Below are positions 9,452 through 19,844 of a stretch of 64,000 bases of DNA, in pieces. The stretch covers positions 72,496 through 136,495 of the forward strand of contig CAZUNO010000001.1 of the NCBI GenBank assembly GCA_964621445.1. Direction: 5' to 3'. The position numbers were made by a program, and so were the translations under genes. This DNA is from Candidatus Hadarchaeota archaeon (GTDB lineage Archaea > CAYQAE01 > CAYVLA01). Below the pieces are notes generated by a model. The model was not told the DNA's origin. It was given only the letters and a program-made list of their open reading frames with translations, and searched no databases. Numbering within the stretch: the first letter of the stretch is position 1; every line of letters begins with the position of its first letter.

Positions 9452-11395
9452 ATGTTAAAAATGTACAAATCCTTACTACTAATCCTGCCGCTGATCATGG
9501 CAATCCCTGGAATTCAGGCTTTTAGCGAGGTTAGGGTCATGGCGCCCGCCGTGGCCCAGACCTCACAGGGATGGGTGGGAGTTCCTTCCTACATCACGAT
9601 ATGGACCGAGGAAGGAGAAGGGGGGGTTTTCGTTGATACCTATCCCTTTACTCAGGTGGATACCCAAGGTTCCGCCCGACTAGCGGCAGATGTGGCAGCA
9701 TCCATTGCCAACGTCGACCTTTCCGATGTTGATATCTACGTTAAAATTAGATCGGATTCCCCTGTAATAGGAGGCCCGTCTGCAGGAGGAACCCTTGCAG
9801 TGGCTATCCTGGCATCTCTTCTTAATCGTAGCGTGGATCCCGCAGTTGTTATGACCGGGACGGTAAATCCTGATGGCAGTATTGGCCCCATAGGGGGAGT
9901 TGTTCAGAAGGCCGAGGCGGCACACTCAATAGGTGCTCGTGCATTCTTAGTGCCCATGGGACAAACCCAGGCCAGAGAGAACCCAAACAGCATGAATGTG
10001 GTTGATGTCGAGGAGTATGCAAGGGAACACTGGAATCTAACCGTCCACGAAATCGAGGACGTGAGGGAGGCAGCGAAGTATATGCTGGGGATTGAGATCA
10101 AAAGGCCCGGCGGAGGCGAGGATATAAACCTTGAGAAGTACAACGAGATAATGAATGAAGCATCACAGGATATGCTTGATTCGGCACGTGACCTGGCTGA
10201 TCGTGCCAAGAACCAATTGGATGATGCAGGTCTGGGATATTCACAAGAACAGCATCTCAGGCTATATTCAGACGATTCGCTGACCAAGATCGAGGATGCG
10301 GAAAGCGCTAGAGACGAGGAAGAATTCTATCGGAGTGCTAGCCTGGCTTTCCAGTCGAAGATAAACGCTACCTATGTGATCAATACTCTGGATTATCTTG
10401 GCAGTCGGAGAAAGATCGAGATAAAGAATATCATAGATTCCGTCGAAGAGAGAGTTCAACAAATACTAAGCGCAGTGAATTCAACCTCCTATACCAGCGT
10501 GACTGCTTTCGAATGCTATGCAGCCGGGGAGAAAAGAATCCAGGACGCATATCAACAATTGGACAACGCCTACGAGCATTACTATCAGGGATATTATGAG
10601 GAGGCACTTCATAGAATCTCATACATAGAACAAAGGGCCGAAAGCGCTCTTTGGTGGACGAGTTTATGTCAGGAATTTGAGGGAGATGCCGATTTTAACA
10701 GGACGGTTTTACGCGATGTAGCTCAACAATATATAGCCGATGTGGAATATCTGATAGCCTACGCCGAGTCCATGGGGACTAGCCTTCAGGGAGGGCTACT
10801 CTCGACTGGAGCCAACATCCTGGATGACGTACGGCGTGAATTTGAGGACGGAGCCTACGCAGCGGCGATATTGGGCAGTCTAGATGCCCGTTCGTACGTA
10901 AACGCCCATCTCGAATTGGCGGCTTTTTCCACCTCGGAAAACAAGCTGGCCGAGGTTCTTGCTCAGAAGGTGGAGAGAGAACGTGAGATGGCTCGTTCAT
11001 CCATTTCTAATAGCAGGGAATTCGGAGTCAACCCCATTCTAGCATTGAGTCACCTAGAATTTGGTGAGTCCTTTGCGGATCAGGTCGATCCTGACGCTGG
11101 TCCTGGTAACAGGATAAGTGGCCTGCTGGAGGCACTGCTTGAGTTGCGTTATGCAAGGCTCATAGCCGAGATGTCACCGATAATCTCGGATAGACTGGGA
11201 AGGGAAGAGGGAGACCAGGAGAAACCGGTGATCGAGCCCTATGATGGTGAAACCAAGACGGTGTACAAGACCAGGATTGGGCACCTGGCAGCGGCTGCCG
11301 TGGTCTTCCTGGCCATTGGTCTTATCATTGGGTCCATTGCTGGAAGGCACGGTGGGTCTAGAGGTGGAAATGAGAGCAGGTTTGATCGGGAGTGA
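9452..11395 (+). CDS. Exported, membrane-anchored Lon-like S16 serine protease (COG1750-type)
   Basis: Signal peptide, GGPSAG catalytic Ser, MTGTVNPDGSIGPIGGVVQK catalytic Lys, helical C-terminal half, C-terminal TM. Confidence 0.88.
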   Translation: MLKMYKSLLLILPLIMAIPGIQAFSEVRVMAPAVAQTSQGWVGVPSYITIWTEEGEGGVFVDTYPFTQVDTQGSARLAADVAASIANVDLSDVDIYVKIRSDSPVIGGPSAGGTLAVAILASLLNRSVDPAVVMTGTVNPDGSIGPIGGVVQKAEAAHSIGARAFLVPMGQTQARENPNSMNVVDVEEYAREHWNLTVHEIEDVREAAKYMLGIEIKRPGGGEDINLEKYNEIMNEASQDMLDSARDLADRAKNQLDDAGLGYSQEQHLRLYSDDSLTKIEDAESARDEEEFYRSASLAFQSKINATYVINTLDYLGSRRKIEIKNIIDSVEERVQQILSAVNSTSYTSVTAFECYAAGEKRIQDAYQQLDNAYEHYYQGYYEEALHRISYIEQRAESALWWTSLCQEFEGDADFNRTVLRDVAQQYIADVEYLIAYAESMGTSLQGGLLSTGANILDDVRREFEDGAYAAAILGSLDARSYVNAHLELAAFSTSENKLAEVLAQKVEREREMARSSISNSREFGVNPILALSHLEFGESFADQVDPDAGPGNRISGLLEALLELRYARLIAEMSPIISDRLGREEGDQEKPVIEPYDGETKTVYKTRIGHLAAAAVVFLAIGLIIGSIAGRHGGSRGGNESRFDRE

Positions 11396-11964
11396 CACCG
11401 ATTAAGATCATTTACGTGGTGGGACGATCAAATGTCGGAAAATCCCAGCTTCTGAGGGCACTCACCGGCGAGAGCGTACCGGTGGGAAAAAGACCGGGGG
11501 TCACTACAAGCCCCGTTGAGGTGATATCGGGACCCCTTAGGTACGTGGATATGGCCGGTTTCGGTTTCATGAAGGGCACTCCCCGGCGGAAAAGGGAGAG
11601 AATCAAGGCAGATATAGTGCGGGAAATCGAGGAGGAGAGCGAGAACATCGATCTTGCCCTACTGGTTTTGGATGCAAAGGTTTTCTCGGATATATTCGAC
11701 AGGTGGGAGTCCCGCGGAGAGATACCCATCGGTGTTGAATTACATGATTTCTTATTGGAGCTCGATATTCCCTTGATAATAGTGGCCAATAAGATGGACA
11801 AGGTGTCGGACCCTGATTGGAAGCTTGATGGGATTTGCGACAGGCTTGGCTATCTCCCGCCCTGGAGACAATGGGGCGATGTCATTGTGCCAGTTTCCGC
11901 GAAAGGCGGGGAAGGCATAAGTTGTCTGAAGCAGCTAATTGCCAAAAAGTTAGGTCTGAGCTAA
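11392..11964 (+). CDS. engB: Archaeal GTP-binding protein EngB
   Basis: GRSNVGKS, GKRPGVT, DMAGFGFM, NKMD, PPWRQW. Confidence 0.92.
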   Translation: MTPIKIIYVVGRSNVGKSQLLRALTGESVPVGKRPGVTTSPVEVISGPLRYVDMAGFGFMKGTPRRKRERIKADIVREIEEESENIDLALLVLDAKVFSDIFDRWESRGEIPIGVELHDFLLELDIPLIIVANKMDKVSDPDWKLDGICDRLGYLPPWRQWGDVIVPVSAKGGEGISCLKQLIAKKLGLS

Positions 11965-12281
11965 CCCACTCGGGGGGCCTTGATGTAATCATCTTCCTTC
12001 TCCGGAGCGTTTTCAAGAACTTCCTCCTGGGGCAGGGACTCCTTTTCCTCATCCTTACGGAAGACGTTGTATACGTCCATCACGTGGGTGGTGGGCTCCA
12101 CATCTTCCAGTTCAAGTTCATCAATTTTCTTGAAATACTCCAGTATCCTGTCCAGTTGGTCACTGAAGGTATTCTTTTGGTCCTCGGTAAGCTCTATCTT
12201 GGCCAGTTCCGCGATGTGCTCGACCTCTTCCTTAGTTATGAGATGACGGTCTTGGCTGGCTTCCTGGGTCATAATCTGCAC
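11961..12281 (-). CDS. gatC: Asp/Glu-tRNA amidotransferase subunit C
   Basis: ITKEEVEHIAELAKIEL...VEPTTH...NAPEKEDDYIKAPRV. Confidence 0.93.
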   Translation of the reverse strand: MQIMTQEASQDRHLITKEEVEHIAELAKIELTEDQKNTFSDQLDRILEYFKKIDELELEDVEPTTHVMDVYNVFRKDEEKESLPQEEVLENAPEKEDDYIKAPRVG

Positions 12282-12369
12282 TTGGTGGGGTTAAACAAAT
12301 ATATTTTGCTACATTGGCAACCCGGGAAACCATTATTAGAACTAAGAGGGATGGGAGATCGGTGCTAAA

Positions 12370-12600
12370 ATGGTCGAGGCCTTCGTCCTTATCACGGCTA
12401 AACCCGGAGCAGAATCGGGGTTAGTGAAGCGATTGGTGACTCTGGATAGGGTGCAAGATGCTTGGGCGGTTTATGGGGAGTATGACGTCATCGCACTGGT
12501 TAGCGTACAGGACCTGGAAAATCTAGACTCCTTTGTAACCGCGGAGATTAGAACCATGAAGGACGTTCAGTTCACGTCGACCATGATTTGCGTTCGTTAA
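12370..12600 (+). CDS. Stand-alone Lrp/AsnC ligand-binding domain protein
   Basis: AFVLI...VYGEYDVIA...TSTMI pattern; 76 aa with no HTH. Confidence 0.88.
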   Translation: MVEAFVLITAKPGAESGLVKRLVTLDRVQDAWAVYGEYDVIALVSVQDLENLDSFVTAEIRTMKDVQFTSTMICVR

Positions 12601-12601
12601 T

Positions 12602-12823
12602 TCATACCATTTCGCTTTTCTTGGCGTAATACTGAGCAGCTCCGATAAGGGCTAAACCCACAATCATGACAAGTATGCTGAAAATCCAACTTACCTCTTC
12701 GGGCTTGTACATGTTGAGGAGTTTTCCCTCAAAACTCACCAGCTTTAGAACCACGGTTAGTATGCCAAAGCCAGCGAGGAATATACCGAAAAGCCCGAGA
12801 AAATTGACGATGATTTCTATCAA
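12602..12823 (-). CDS. Small 2-TM membrane protein
   Basis: Two hydrophobic helices; AGGTGG RBS-like element upstream. Confidence 0.6.
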   Translation of the reverse strand: MIEIIVNFLGLFGIFLAGFGILTVVLKLVSFEGKLLNMYKPEEVSWIFSILVMIVGLALIGAAQYYAKKSEMV

Positions 12824-12879
12824 GCTAGGGCACCACCTAGCGGACTCAATGTATTGTACTTAAATATTTTGAGTAGAAA

Positions 12880-14367
12880 TCATGAATAGAGTTTAAAGGC
12901 CCGGGGCACGGCCTCAGAAACATCGGTTGGGATGATACGGCATCCCTTTTCCTCCGAGGCAAGTTCACCCGCTTTGCCCGTAATAAAGCATGCGGCAGCG
13001 GCTGATCTAAATGGTGAATTTCCCTTGGCCAGCAGAGCTCCGGCAACCCCAGTCAGACAGTCCCCTGTTCCGCCCACGGTCATGCAGGCGTTCCCGGTCT
13101 TGTTGATCTTAATCAGGTCCTTCCTGGCGATCAGGTCCTGATGACCCTTTACCACCCACGTGCAGTTGGTTCTTGAGGACCATTTCATAACAACTTTCTT
13201 CCTCTTTTTAAGCTCCTTCGGCAGAGGATCATCCGTAATGGTCTTAAACTCACCGCTGTGGGGAGTTATTATGGTGGAAGCCCTGAGATCTTCAACCGTG
13301 TTCCGAATTGCTTTCAGGCCATCGGCATCTATGACCAGTGGTGTGGAGCCTAGCTCACGGACTATTTGCCTGGCGGCCTGGGCTGTCTCCCCATCGATTC
13401 CAAGACCAGGGCCTATGCACACGGCATCAGCCCTGGCGGCCATATCCAGTATCATGTCGACTGATTCCATGTCAAGGTTACCTCCTGGATAGGACCTGCA
13501 TATCAGTGAAGGTGAGTAACTGGCCACGATATTCCTAATGGATTCCGGAACGGCCAGGTAAACGAGATCAATCCCGGCTCTAAGTGCCGAGATCGCGGAT
13601 ATGGCTGGAGCGCCATGATAGTATTGGCTCCCCCCTACGACCAGAAGGGTGCCGTTTTCTCCCTTGTGGGAATCATCAGCCCGGTTGTTCTGGACGAAAA
13701 ATAGGTCGCCGGGCCCGACAACGGTTTCCGCCTCCTCAGGGATGCCGATATCGGCGACGACCAATTCACCTATATTTCCCGGTTCCTTACCGTGGCCGTG
13801 TTTGGGTCGGTGAAAGGTAATGGTTAAACTGGATTTGAAGAATTCGCCCTCTGGAATTCCGTTTTCGGAATCCACTCCGGTAGGAAGGTCTACTGCAACC
13901 TTGAACGCAGATGTCCGGGATGCTATCTGGACCAGGGATGAAATTGGTTCACGTGGAGATCCCTTGGCACCCGTTCCCAGCAGGGCGTCCACTATCACAT
14001 CATGCCCTCCAATCCATTTCTGGAAGTCATCCCGTAATAATAGGGAGGAATCATGGAGGGAACGCAGTTCGATATTCATTTCCCGGGTGATCTTGGAGTT
14101 ACGTTTTGCCTCACCCCGTTTGGGCTCTCCAGCCTGAATTATTGATACCCGCAATCCGGCATTTCGCAGATGCCTCGCTGCAACGTACCCGTCCCCGCCG
14201 TTATTTCCGGGTCCACAGAGAACAAGAGCAGAGGAGGCATCCGTCCTTTTCAATATCTCTTGGGCGACCTGTGTGCCCGCATTTTCCATTAGGCATATGG
14301 GTTCAATTCCCAGACTCCGGGAGTTCCTGTCGATCGCGGACATCTCCAGGGCCGATATCGTCCTCAA
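12880..14367 (-). CDS. nnr: Bifunctional NAD(P)HX epimerase/dehydratase
   Basis: LMENAG, GNNGGDG, DALLGTG, HKGENG, IDADG, TPHSGEF, GGTGD. Confidence 0.95.
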   Translation of the reverse strand: MRTISALEMSAIDRNSRSLGIEPICLMENAGTQVAQEILKRTDASSALVLCGPGNNGGDGYVAARHLRNAGLRVSIIQAGEPKRGEAKRNSKITREMNIELRSLHDSSLLLRDDFQKWIGGHDVIVDALLGTGAKGSPREPISSLVQIASRTSAFKVAVDLPTGVDSENGIPEGEFFKSSLTITFHRPKHGHGKEPGNIGELVVADIGIPEEAETVVGPGDLFFVQNNRADDSHKGENGTLLVVGGSQYYHGAPAISAISALRAGIDLVYLAVPESIRNIVASYSPSLICRSYPGGNLDMESVDMILDMAARADAVCIGPGLGIDGETAQAARQIVRELGSTPLVIDADGLKAIRNTVEDLRASTIITPHSGEFKTITDDPLPKELKKRKKVVMKWSSRTNCTWVVKGHQDLIARKDLIKINKTGNACMTVGGTGDCLTGVAGALLAKGNSPFRSAAAACFITGKAGELASEEKGCRIIPTDVSEAVPRAFKLYS

Positions 14368-14483
14368 GATTATCCCATCACTGATTAAGAATTATCGGTT
14401 AAATGTGTCACCGACTGAAGGGCCGAAATGGGTAGCTACTTTTATGTTTGTTAGAACGATAATTCGACGTAAGAGGAAGGAGA

Positions 14484-15533
14484 ATGAAAGATACTGTCTA
14501 TGGTCCCATGGTGCTTGGTTATCTGGAAAGGCTTTACGGAGAGGGAAAAAGGCGGTATTCCTGCCGGGCCAAGAACAGCGATGAATTTTCCGACTGGCAG
14601 TTTGAGGCAAGGGAGGAATTGAGAAGGCTACTTGGCCTGACTAGGATAGAACGGGAAAACATCAAGCATGAGGTCAAGGTGGAACTGGAGGAGCCTGAGG
14701 AGCTGGATGGATATACCAAACAAAGGGGGTCAATAGTTACCGAGCCCTACGTAACCATACGCTTCTGGCTGCTTCGTCCCGATGGTAGAGGTCCCCATCC
14801 GTTGGGAATCTTCCCTCATGGGCATGCGGATTTTGGCATGAATTCATATGCAGGCGTGTTCAGGGACCGGGAGCACCGTGAACACGTCAACAGACAGGAT
14901 CGCGATGTTGCTGTCCAGGCGGTAAAACGGGGATATCTGGCAATAGCTCCCAATACCAGGGGTTTCCGCCCGGCCGCCGTCCCTGACATAAGTAAGCGGC
15001 ATGGGGGGAGGGACTGTCGTAGCCAGTTGATCCACTGTATTCTTGGGGGCCGGACCCCGGTTGGGGAGAGAGTCTGGGATGTCCAGAATTTAATTAACTG
15101 GGCAACCGGAATGGAAGATGTTGACCCGGAAAGGATACTGGTTATGGGCAACTCGGGAGGGGGTGTGGTTACAATATATACCGCGGCATGTGACCAAAGG
15201 GTGAAGGTAGCGGTTCCCAGCTGTTCTTTCTGCACGATAGTTGGGAGAAACGGAATGGTCCACCATTGCGACTGCAATTCGGTTCCCGGGATAATGACTT
15301 TTGGTGAGCTCTACGATGTAGCGGGTCTAATAGCTCCTCGTCATCTGTGCGTGGTTAATGGAAAAAAGGATTCATTATTTCCCGTATCCGAGGTTGATAG
15401 AGCGGTGAAAGAGCTACGCAGGATCTACGATGTGGCCGGGGTGCCGGATAGATTTCGGCATTCATATGGAGAGGGTGGCCATAGGTTCTATTCGGACCTA
15501 ATGTGGCCTTTTATTGAGGATGCCCGGTGTTGA
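14484..15533 (+). CDS. Alpha/beta hydrolase (dienelactone hydrolase / Abhydrolase_7-like)
   Basis: GNSGGG nucleophile, HCDCN, IAPRHL, GGHRFY. Confidence 0.85.
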   Translation: MKDTVYGPMVLGYLERLYGEGKRRYSCRAKNSDEFSDWQFEAREELRRLLGLTRIERENIKHEVKVELEEPEELDGYTKQRGSIVTEPYVTIRFWLLRPDGRGPHPLGIFPHGHADFGMNSYAGVFRDREHREHVNRQDRDVAVQAVKRGYLAIAPNTRGFRPAAVPDISKRHGGRDCRSQLIHCILGGRTPVGERVWDVQNLINWATGMEDVDPERILVMGNSGGGVVTIYTAACDQRVKVAVPSCSFCTIVGRNGMVHHCDCNSVPGIMTFGELYDVAGLIAPRHLCVVNGKKDSLFPVSEVDRAVKELRRIYDVAGVPDRFRHSYGEGGHRFYSDLMWPFIEDARC

Positions 15534-15539
15534 ATAATA

Positions 15540-16064
15540 ATGGAATTGAAGCACGGAAGCCAGTTCAATCTTCTTGTATCAACTGGGAGGAATCTGGAGG
15601 ATAGATGCATATTTACCATTAAAGTCCTTCTATCCGATTCCTTCCCGGATCTAGAGGCAGAGGCGACCCCCTTCAGCGGCTTAGTAGCTGTCTGGGTTAA
15701 AGGGGAAAATAGAGAGGCAATCAGGGATCTAGCCAGGAGGATGGAGATTGAGCCCTGGCATAATGATGTAATTAAGAGAATGGTTCCCGTGGATGAAGTG
15801 GTCGATAGCGATCCATCGCTAATTGTAGCTGCCTGTTCAAGATTGAGTAGTAGATTCCAGCCCCAACAAGAGGAAAAATTCAGGGTCAGGATAAGGAGGA
15901 GGGGTTCCAATATTGAGCGTATGGAACTCATCGATTCGATCGCGGACCTGTTCGATAACTCTGTTGACCTAGAACATCCTGATTTTGAGGTCAGAGTGGA
16001 AATCATTCGGGATGTAGCCGGGGTGTGTTTTATAAGGAAGGGCGAGATGTTCCCGAATCTTTAG
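15540..16064 (+). CDS. THUMP-domain protein (Tan1-like)
   Basis: FNLLVST N-terminus; FRVRIRRRG...VDLEHPDFEVRVEII THUMP pattern. Confidence 0.85.
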   Translation: MELKHGSQFNLLVSTGRNLEDRCIFTIKVLLSDSFPDLEAEATPFSGLVAVWVKGENREAIRDLARRMEIEPWHNDVIKRMVPVDEVVDSDPSLIVAACSRLSSRFQPQQEEKFRVRIRRRGSNIERMELIDSIADLFDNSVDLEHPDFEVRVEIIRDVAGVCFIRKGEMFPNL

Positions 16065-16996
16065 GTCTCTTTCTTCTCCTTGATAATGCCTGAGAGGTCT
16101 CTTTTCCCGTCCATTTCATCCAATTCTTCCTTACAAAGTATTGGAACTCCTTTCAGGCTTTTTTCGCACCTCTCGTCATTGCTGACCATGAAGCTTGCTA
16201 TGTCTACGGTATGGGAGAGCTTGGAGATTAGATTTACGTGTCTTCGAAGGCTGCTGTATTGGTCGAAAACGGCGGCCAAAAGCTGGCTATCGGATTCCCG
16301 GGCAACGGCGTCAAATGGGGTTCTTGGGGTGGTGTATACACCGAAACCCAGGCGGGTTAATTGGGAGAGGACTAGGTTCAGAAGATCATTGTCAACGGCT
16401 CTATCCGGCTCCAGGTCCATGTTTACTCTTTTTAACACCTGGACGGGCCGGACGAGGTCAACCCCCAGCTCGTCGACTAGCGCCATAGCAGTGTCCACGG
16501 TGGCGTTACCCCCATGTTCGTAGCTATACACTGATTCCCTGCTTACGCCGATTCTTTCCGCTACTTGACGGAGTGAGAGTCCTTTCCGTTTTCTTTCCCG
16601 ACGAAGAGCCTCGCCGTCAATCTGAACATAGTATCCTCCCTTGGTCCCAAAAATAAGAGGCATGGAGGAATTTTCAACCAGCATTCTCAAGGTATCAATG
16701 TTGAGAGCGGGCAGGTCGTATCTTTCGTGGACCACATCATCCTCGATCTTTTCTGTTCTCGTGCGATCCCCGATTATCAGGGGATAGGCAGATATGAGAT
16801 GACAGAGGCGTTTTAGCTGCTCGGCCTGGGCAGGATACATACTGTCCACATTTATGAGTATTTTCAACATCAATACAAGTTTCCTGCTGGCGGCTATGTC
16901 GAAGCAGTATGAGCCATATGGCACGACTCTGGATATATTGAAGTCCGCTTCCTTCAATGTTTCAATGACCTGGGAGACGAGTTCCTGCTTCCTCAC
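16061..16996 (-). CDS. Archaeal XRE-HTH transcriptional regulator (COG1395)
   Basis: CFDIAA, KILINVDS, GGYYVQIDG, HTH LSLRQVAERIGVSRESVYSYE, TPFDA; divergent from tiaS. Confidence 0.88.
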   Translation of the reverse strand: MRKQELVSQVIETLKEADFNISRVVPYGSYCFDIAASRKLVLMLKILINVDSMYPAQAEQLKRLCHLISAYPLIIGDRTRTEKIEDDVVHERYDLPALNIDTLRMLVENSSMPLIFGTKGGYYVQIDGEALRRERKRKGLSLRQVAERIGVSRESVYSYEHGGNATVDTAMALVDELGVDLVRPVQVLKRVNMDLEPDRAVDNDLLNLVLSQLTRLGFGVYTTPRTPFDAVARESDSQLLAAVFDQYSSLRRHVNLISKLSHTVDIASFMVSNDERCEKSLKGVPILCKEELDEMDGKRDLSGIIKEKKET

Positions 16997-17150
16997 GGAC
17001 TAATGGACTCAGGAGAAATATTTAAAGTTTTTTACGAGCAAGGAGAAATTCCAGACCTCGAAGTGCAAAAATATGTTTCCAGAGCTCTCTAATGGGCAAT
17101 ATACGGGCCAGGAATTCTATTTTCGATCCGGAAAGCCATTTTTGGCTGTT

Positions 17151-18455
17151 ATGAGGCCTCCTGAGGATTCAGAGGTGTTTTCCATAGGCTTCGATGACAC
17201 CGATTCCGCCACTCTGGGAATGTGCACCACCTATCTATCCACCATGATGATTGAAAGGCTTATTGATGATGGGGTAATATTTGGTCTATGGGATCTTCCA
17301 AATCTGGTTCGGCTAAATCCGCAGGTCCCTAATAAGACACGCGGTAATGGCGCCTTGGTGCTACGCCTATTCACAGATCAAGGCCAAAGCAAATTGGTAT
17401 TCGATATTGCCAAGGACCTGGTTCGGAATAGTGCCGCTCTGGAAGATGACAAAACTAATCCCGGGATAGCCCTAATGATTGGAAGAGCCATACCAAGAAA
17501 TGTTCGCGCTCTGTACAACCTAGCTCTTCATAGACTGGTTTCCATGGAGGAGGTCAGGAATACTGCTGAATCGGAGGGAATTGAATGCTGGGGAATGAAG
17601 AAGGGTTTGGGTATCATCGGTGCCACTGCAGCTTTGGGGGTGGATTTCTCCTCCGATCAGACGTTTGAGATGATAGCATATCGGGACCCCACGATAAAGG
17701 ACAGGAAAAGGGATATCGATACCTCGCTGGTTCTAGAGGTTGATGAAAAGGTGGATGGCGCCTTCTTCAATTATGATTATGAAAATGAGAAGGTCTGCAT
17801 CACGCCCAATTCGCCCTGTCCAGTGAAGTTTGGAGCGAGGGGGGAGACGCCCGAAGCTGTTAGGGATGCATATGAGACCATCGACTCTGGGGCCCCTCGA
17901 GCGGTTTTGTTCCGAACCAATCAACATACGGATTTCCACATCGAAAGGGAAAAATCAATATCCAATATTCAGCCATTTTCATCGGTTAGGACGGTGGGAA
18001 AGGTCTCATCTTCCCCAAGTCCAATTAAGGGAGGCCATGTCATCCTCTCCATTAAGGATTCCACCGGGAAGATAGATTGTGCGGCCTACGAGCCCACCAA
18101 GGGGTTTAGAAATGAGGTGAGGAAACTGGTGGAGGGAGATGTCATAGAGGTATGGGGTTCAGTTAGACCCTCGGATTCCGATCATGGCCCGACCATAAAT
18201 ATGGAAAAAATGAGGGTATTATCACTGGTTGATTCCAGGAGGGAGAATCCCCATTGCCCACTATGTGGTTCCAGGTTGACCTCCATGGGCAGTAGCGGGG
18301 GTTTCAAGTGTAAGAGAAGTGGATGCAAATTCCGCGATCCAAACATGGTAAAAGTGAAGGTACCCCAGAGGCGAGAGCTCGAGAAAGGTAGGATGTATGA
18401 GGTTCCTCCAATAGCTTGGAGGCATCTTTATAAACCGTTGAGAAGGATTAAATGA
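17151..18455 (+). CDS. tiaS: tRNA(Ile2) 2-agmatinylcytidine synthetase
   Basis: GFDDTDS...GMCTTY, RLNPQVPNKTRGNG, RTNQHTD, CAAYEPT, C-terminal Zn ribbon, RHLYKP. Confidence 0.95.
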   Translation: MRPPEDSEVFSIGFDDTDSATLGMCTTYLSTMMIERLIDDGVIFGLWDLPNLVRLNPQVPNKTRGNGALVLRLFTDQGQSKLVFDIAKDLVRNSAALEDDKTNPGIALMIGRAIPRNVRALYNLALHRLVSMEEVRNTAESEGIECWGMKKGLGIIGATAALGVDFSSDQTFEMIAYRDPTIKDRKRDIDTSLVLEVDEKVDGAFFNYDYENEKVCITPNSPCPVKFGARGETPEAVRDAYETIDSGAPRAVLFRTNQHTDFHIEREKSISNIQPFSSVRTVGKVSSSPSPIKGGHVILSIKDSTGKIDCAAYEPTKGFRNEVRKLVEGDVIEVWGSVRPSDSDHGPTINMEKMRVLSLVDSRRENPHCPLCGSRLTSMGSSGGFKCKRSGCKFRDPNMVKVKVPQRRELEKGRMYEVPPIAWRHLYKPLRRIK

Positions 18456-18462
18456 GAACCGA

Positions 18463-19146
18463 TCAGGCAGGCGCTTCAGCTTCGGGGGTCTCAACCGGTT
18501 CCTCGGTCTCCAGTTCCTCAGGTGCCTCCTCTTCAGAGGGTTCCTCTGCCTCGACCTCGGCCTCTTCCTCCTCACTTGGCACTTCTAGTATCTTGCTCTT
18601 CATTATTTCTATCTTCTTTACCGGATAAATGAGCTTTACCTGTTTATGAATATCTGCGGATAGCTTTCCCAATATCATTTCATGTATAAATCCTGAGTAG
18701 CTGCTGCGGTCAGCGGCCTCCCTGATTACCTCTCTCATGGCATCCCTTATTGCCTTGTGCTGTGATGCGGCCACCCTCTGAACCGTGAAGGCCAGAGCTC
18801 TTATTCGGGCTTTGCATCCATCTGAGGTCTCCACATCCGTTATGATGTCTACCCGGGTTGTTCCACGCCTCACGTGCATCCTGATATAGTCCCTGGTAAG
18901 ATCATGACCGGTGAATCTGGTATAGGCTTTTTCTCCCTTAACATCATTAATCTGAAAATATAGCTTGACATGCTGCTGTGTAAAGTCCCCGGTAACGTCT
19001 CTAAGGGTGGTTTCAACCGTCCGGTCTATGAGATCTTCGGGTTTGAGGGCTATGGTTTCACCTATCTCGCAGTTCCCGAAAAGGGCTGGGGCATATACCG
19101 TGTACCATTTCTTATCTTTCCATAGGGTCCTTGTTTTCTTTGGCAA
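18463..19146 (-). CDS. rps3ae: 30S ribosomal protein S3Ae (eS1) with an acidic C-terminal tail
   Basis: WKDKKWYTVYAP, RTVETTLRDVTGD, IYPVKKIEIMKSK. Confidence 0.96.
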   Translation of the reverse strand: MPKKTRTLWKDKKWYTVYAPALFGNCEIGETIALKPEDLIDRTVETTLRDVTGDFTQQHVKLYFQINDVKGEKAYTRFTGHDLTRDYIRMHVRRGTTRVDIITDVETSDGCKARIRALAFTVQRVAASQHKAIRDAMREVIREAADRSSYSGFIHEMILGKLSADIHKQVKLIYPVKKIEIMKSKILEVPSEEEEAEVEAEEPSEEEAPEELETEEPVETPEAEAPA

Positions 19147-19277
19147 AGCTGCACCTCTTAACGGTGAATACTAGATTAGTTTTACGTTTAAGATAAGGAA
19201 GCTGATGGGCTGATAAATATTATCAGTAAACGCTTCGGATGCAGTAGTGATATAAACATCCGGAATAATCATCGTTC

Positions 19278-19832
19278 ATGCTCCAGCTGATTACCACTAA
19301 CAGGAATAAATTTGAGGAATTCAAGGAAAAAGCCCAAGGGTTTGGCCTGGAAATCGAAATGACCAGGATTGATTACATTGAAATTCAGCATGAGGACCTG
19401 GAGACCATCGCCTTGGATAGCGCAAGACGGATTCTGAAGCAGATAAGGGATCCCTTCTTTCTTGAGGATTCAGGCCTTTTCGTTGATGATTTAGGAGGGT
19501 TCCCGGGGCCATACTCCTCCTATGTGTTTTCCACCCTAGGAAATCAGGGGATTCTGGATCTTCTTGGAGATGACAAGAAAAGAGCGGCTGCTTTTCTTTC
19601 GATTATCTGTTATCATGATGGTAAGGATCTGCACACCTTTAGAGGCGAGGCCCGAGGACATATCTCGGATCGGAAAAGGGGGAAAGCTGGTTTTGGTTTC
19701 GACCCGATTTTTATGCCCCAGGGACAGGAACTCACCTTTGCCGAGTTGGGTTCAAGGAAGAACGAATTTTCTCATCGAGCGCTCAGTGCGGAAATATTTT
19801 TCAGAAGCGTCTCAAATTCCTTTAAACAGTGA
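19278..19832 (+). CDS. rdgB: Non-canonical purine NTP pyrophosphatase (RdgB/Ham1)
   Basis: TTNRNK, EDSGL, GFPGPYS, GFGFDPIF, KNEFSHR. Confidence 0.95.
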   Translation: MLQLITTNRNKFEEFKEKAQGFGLEIEMTRIDYIEIQHEDLETIALDSARRILKQIRDPFFLEDSGLFVDDLGGFPGPYSSYVFSTLGNQGILDLLGDDKKRAAAFLSIICYHDGKDLHTFRGEARGHISDRKRGKAGFGFDPIFMPQGQELTFAELGSRKNEFSHRALSAEIFFRSVSNSFKQ

Positions 19833-19844
19833 AAAGGTGCTAGC

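Noticed and set aside
18470-18580. Low-complexity repeat-like DNA
   Set aside because: It encodes the Glu/Pro-rich tail of S3Ae and is not an independent repeat.
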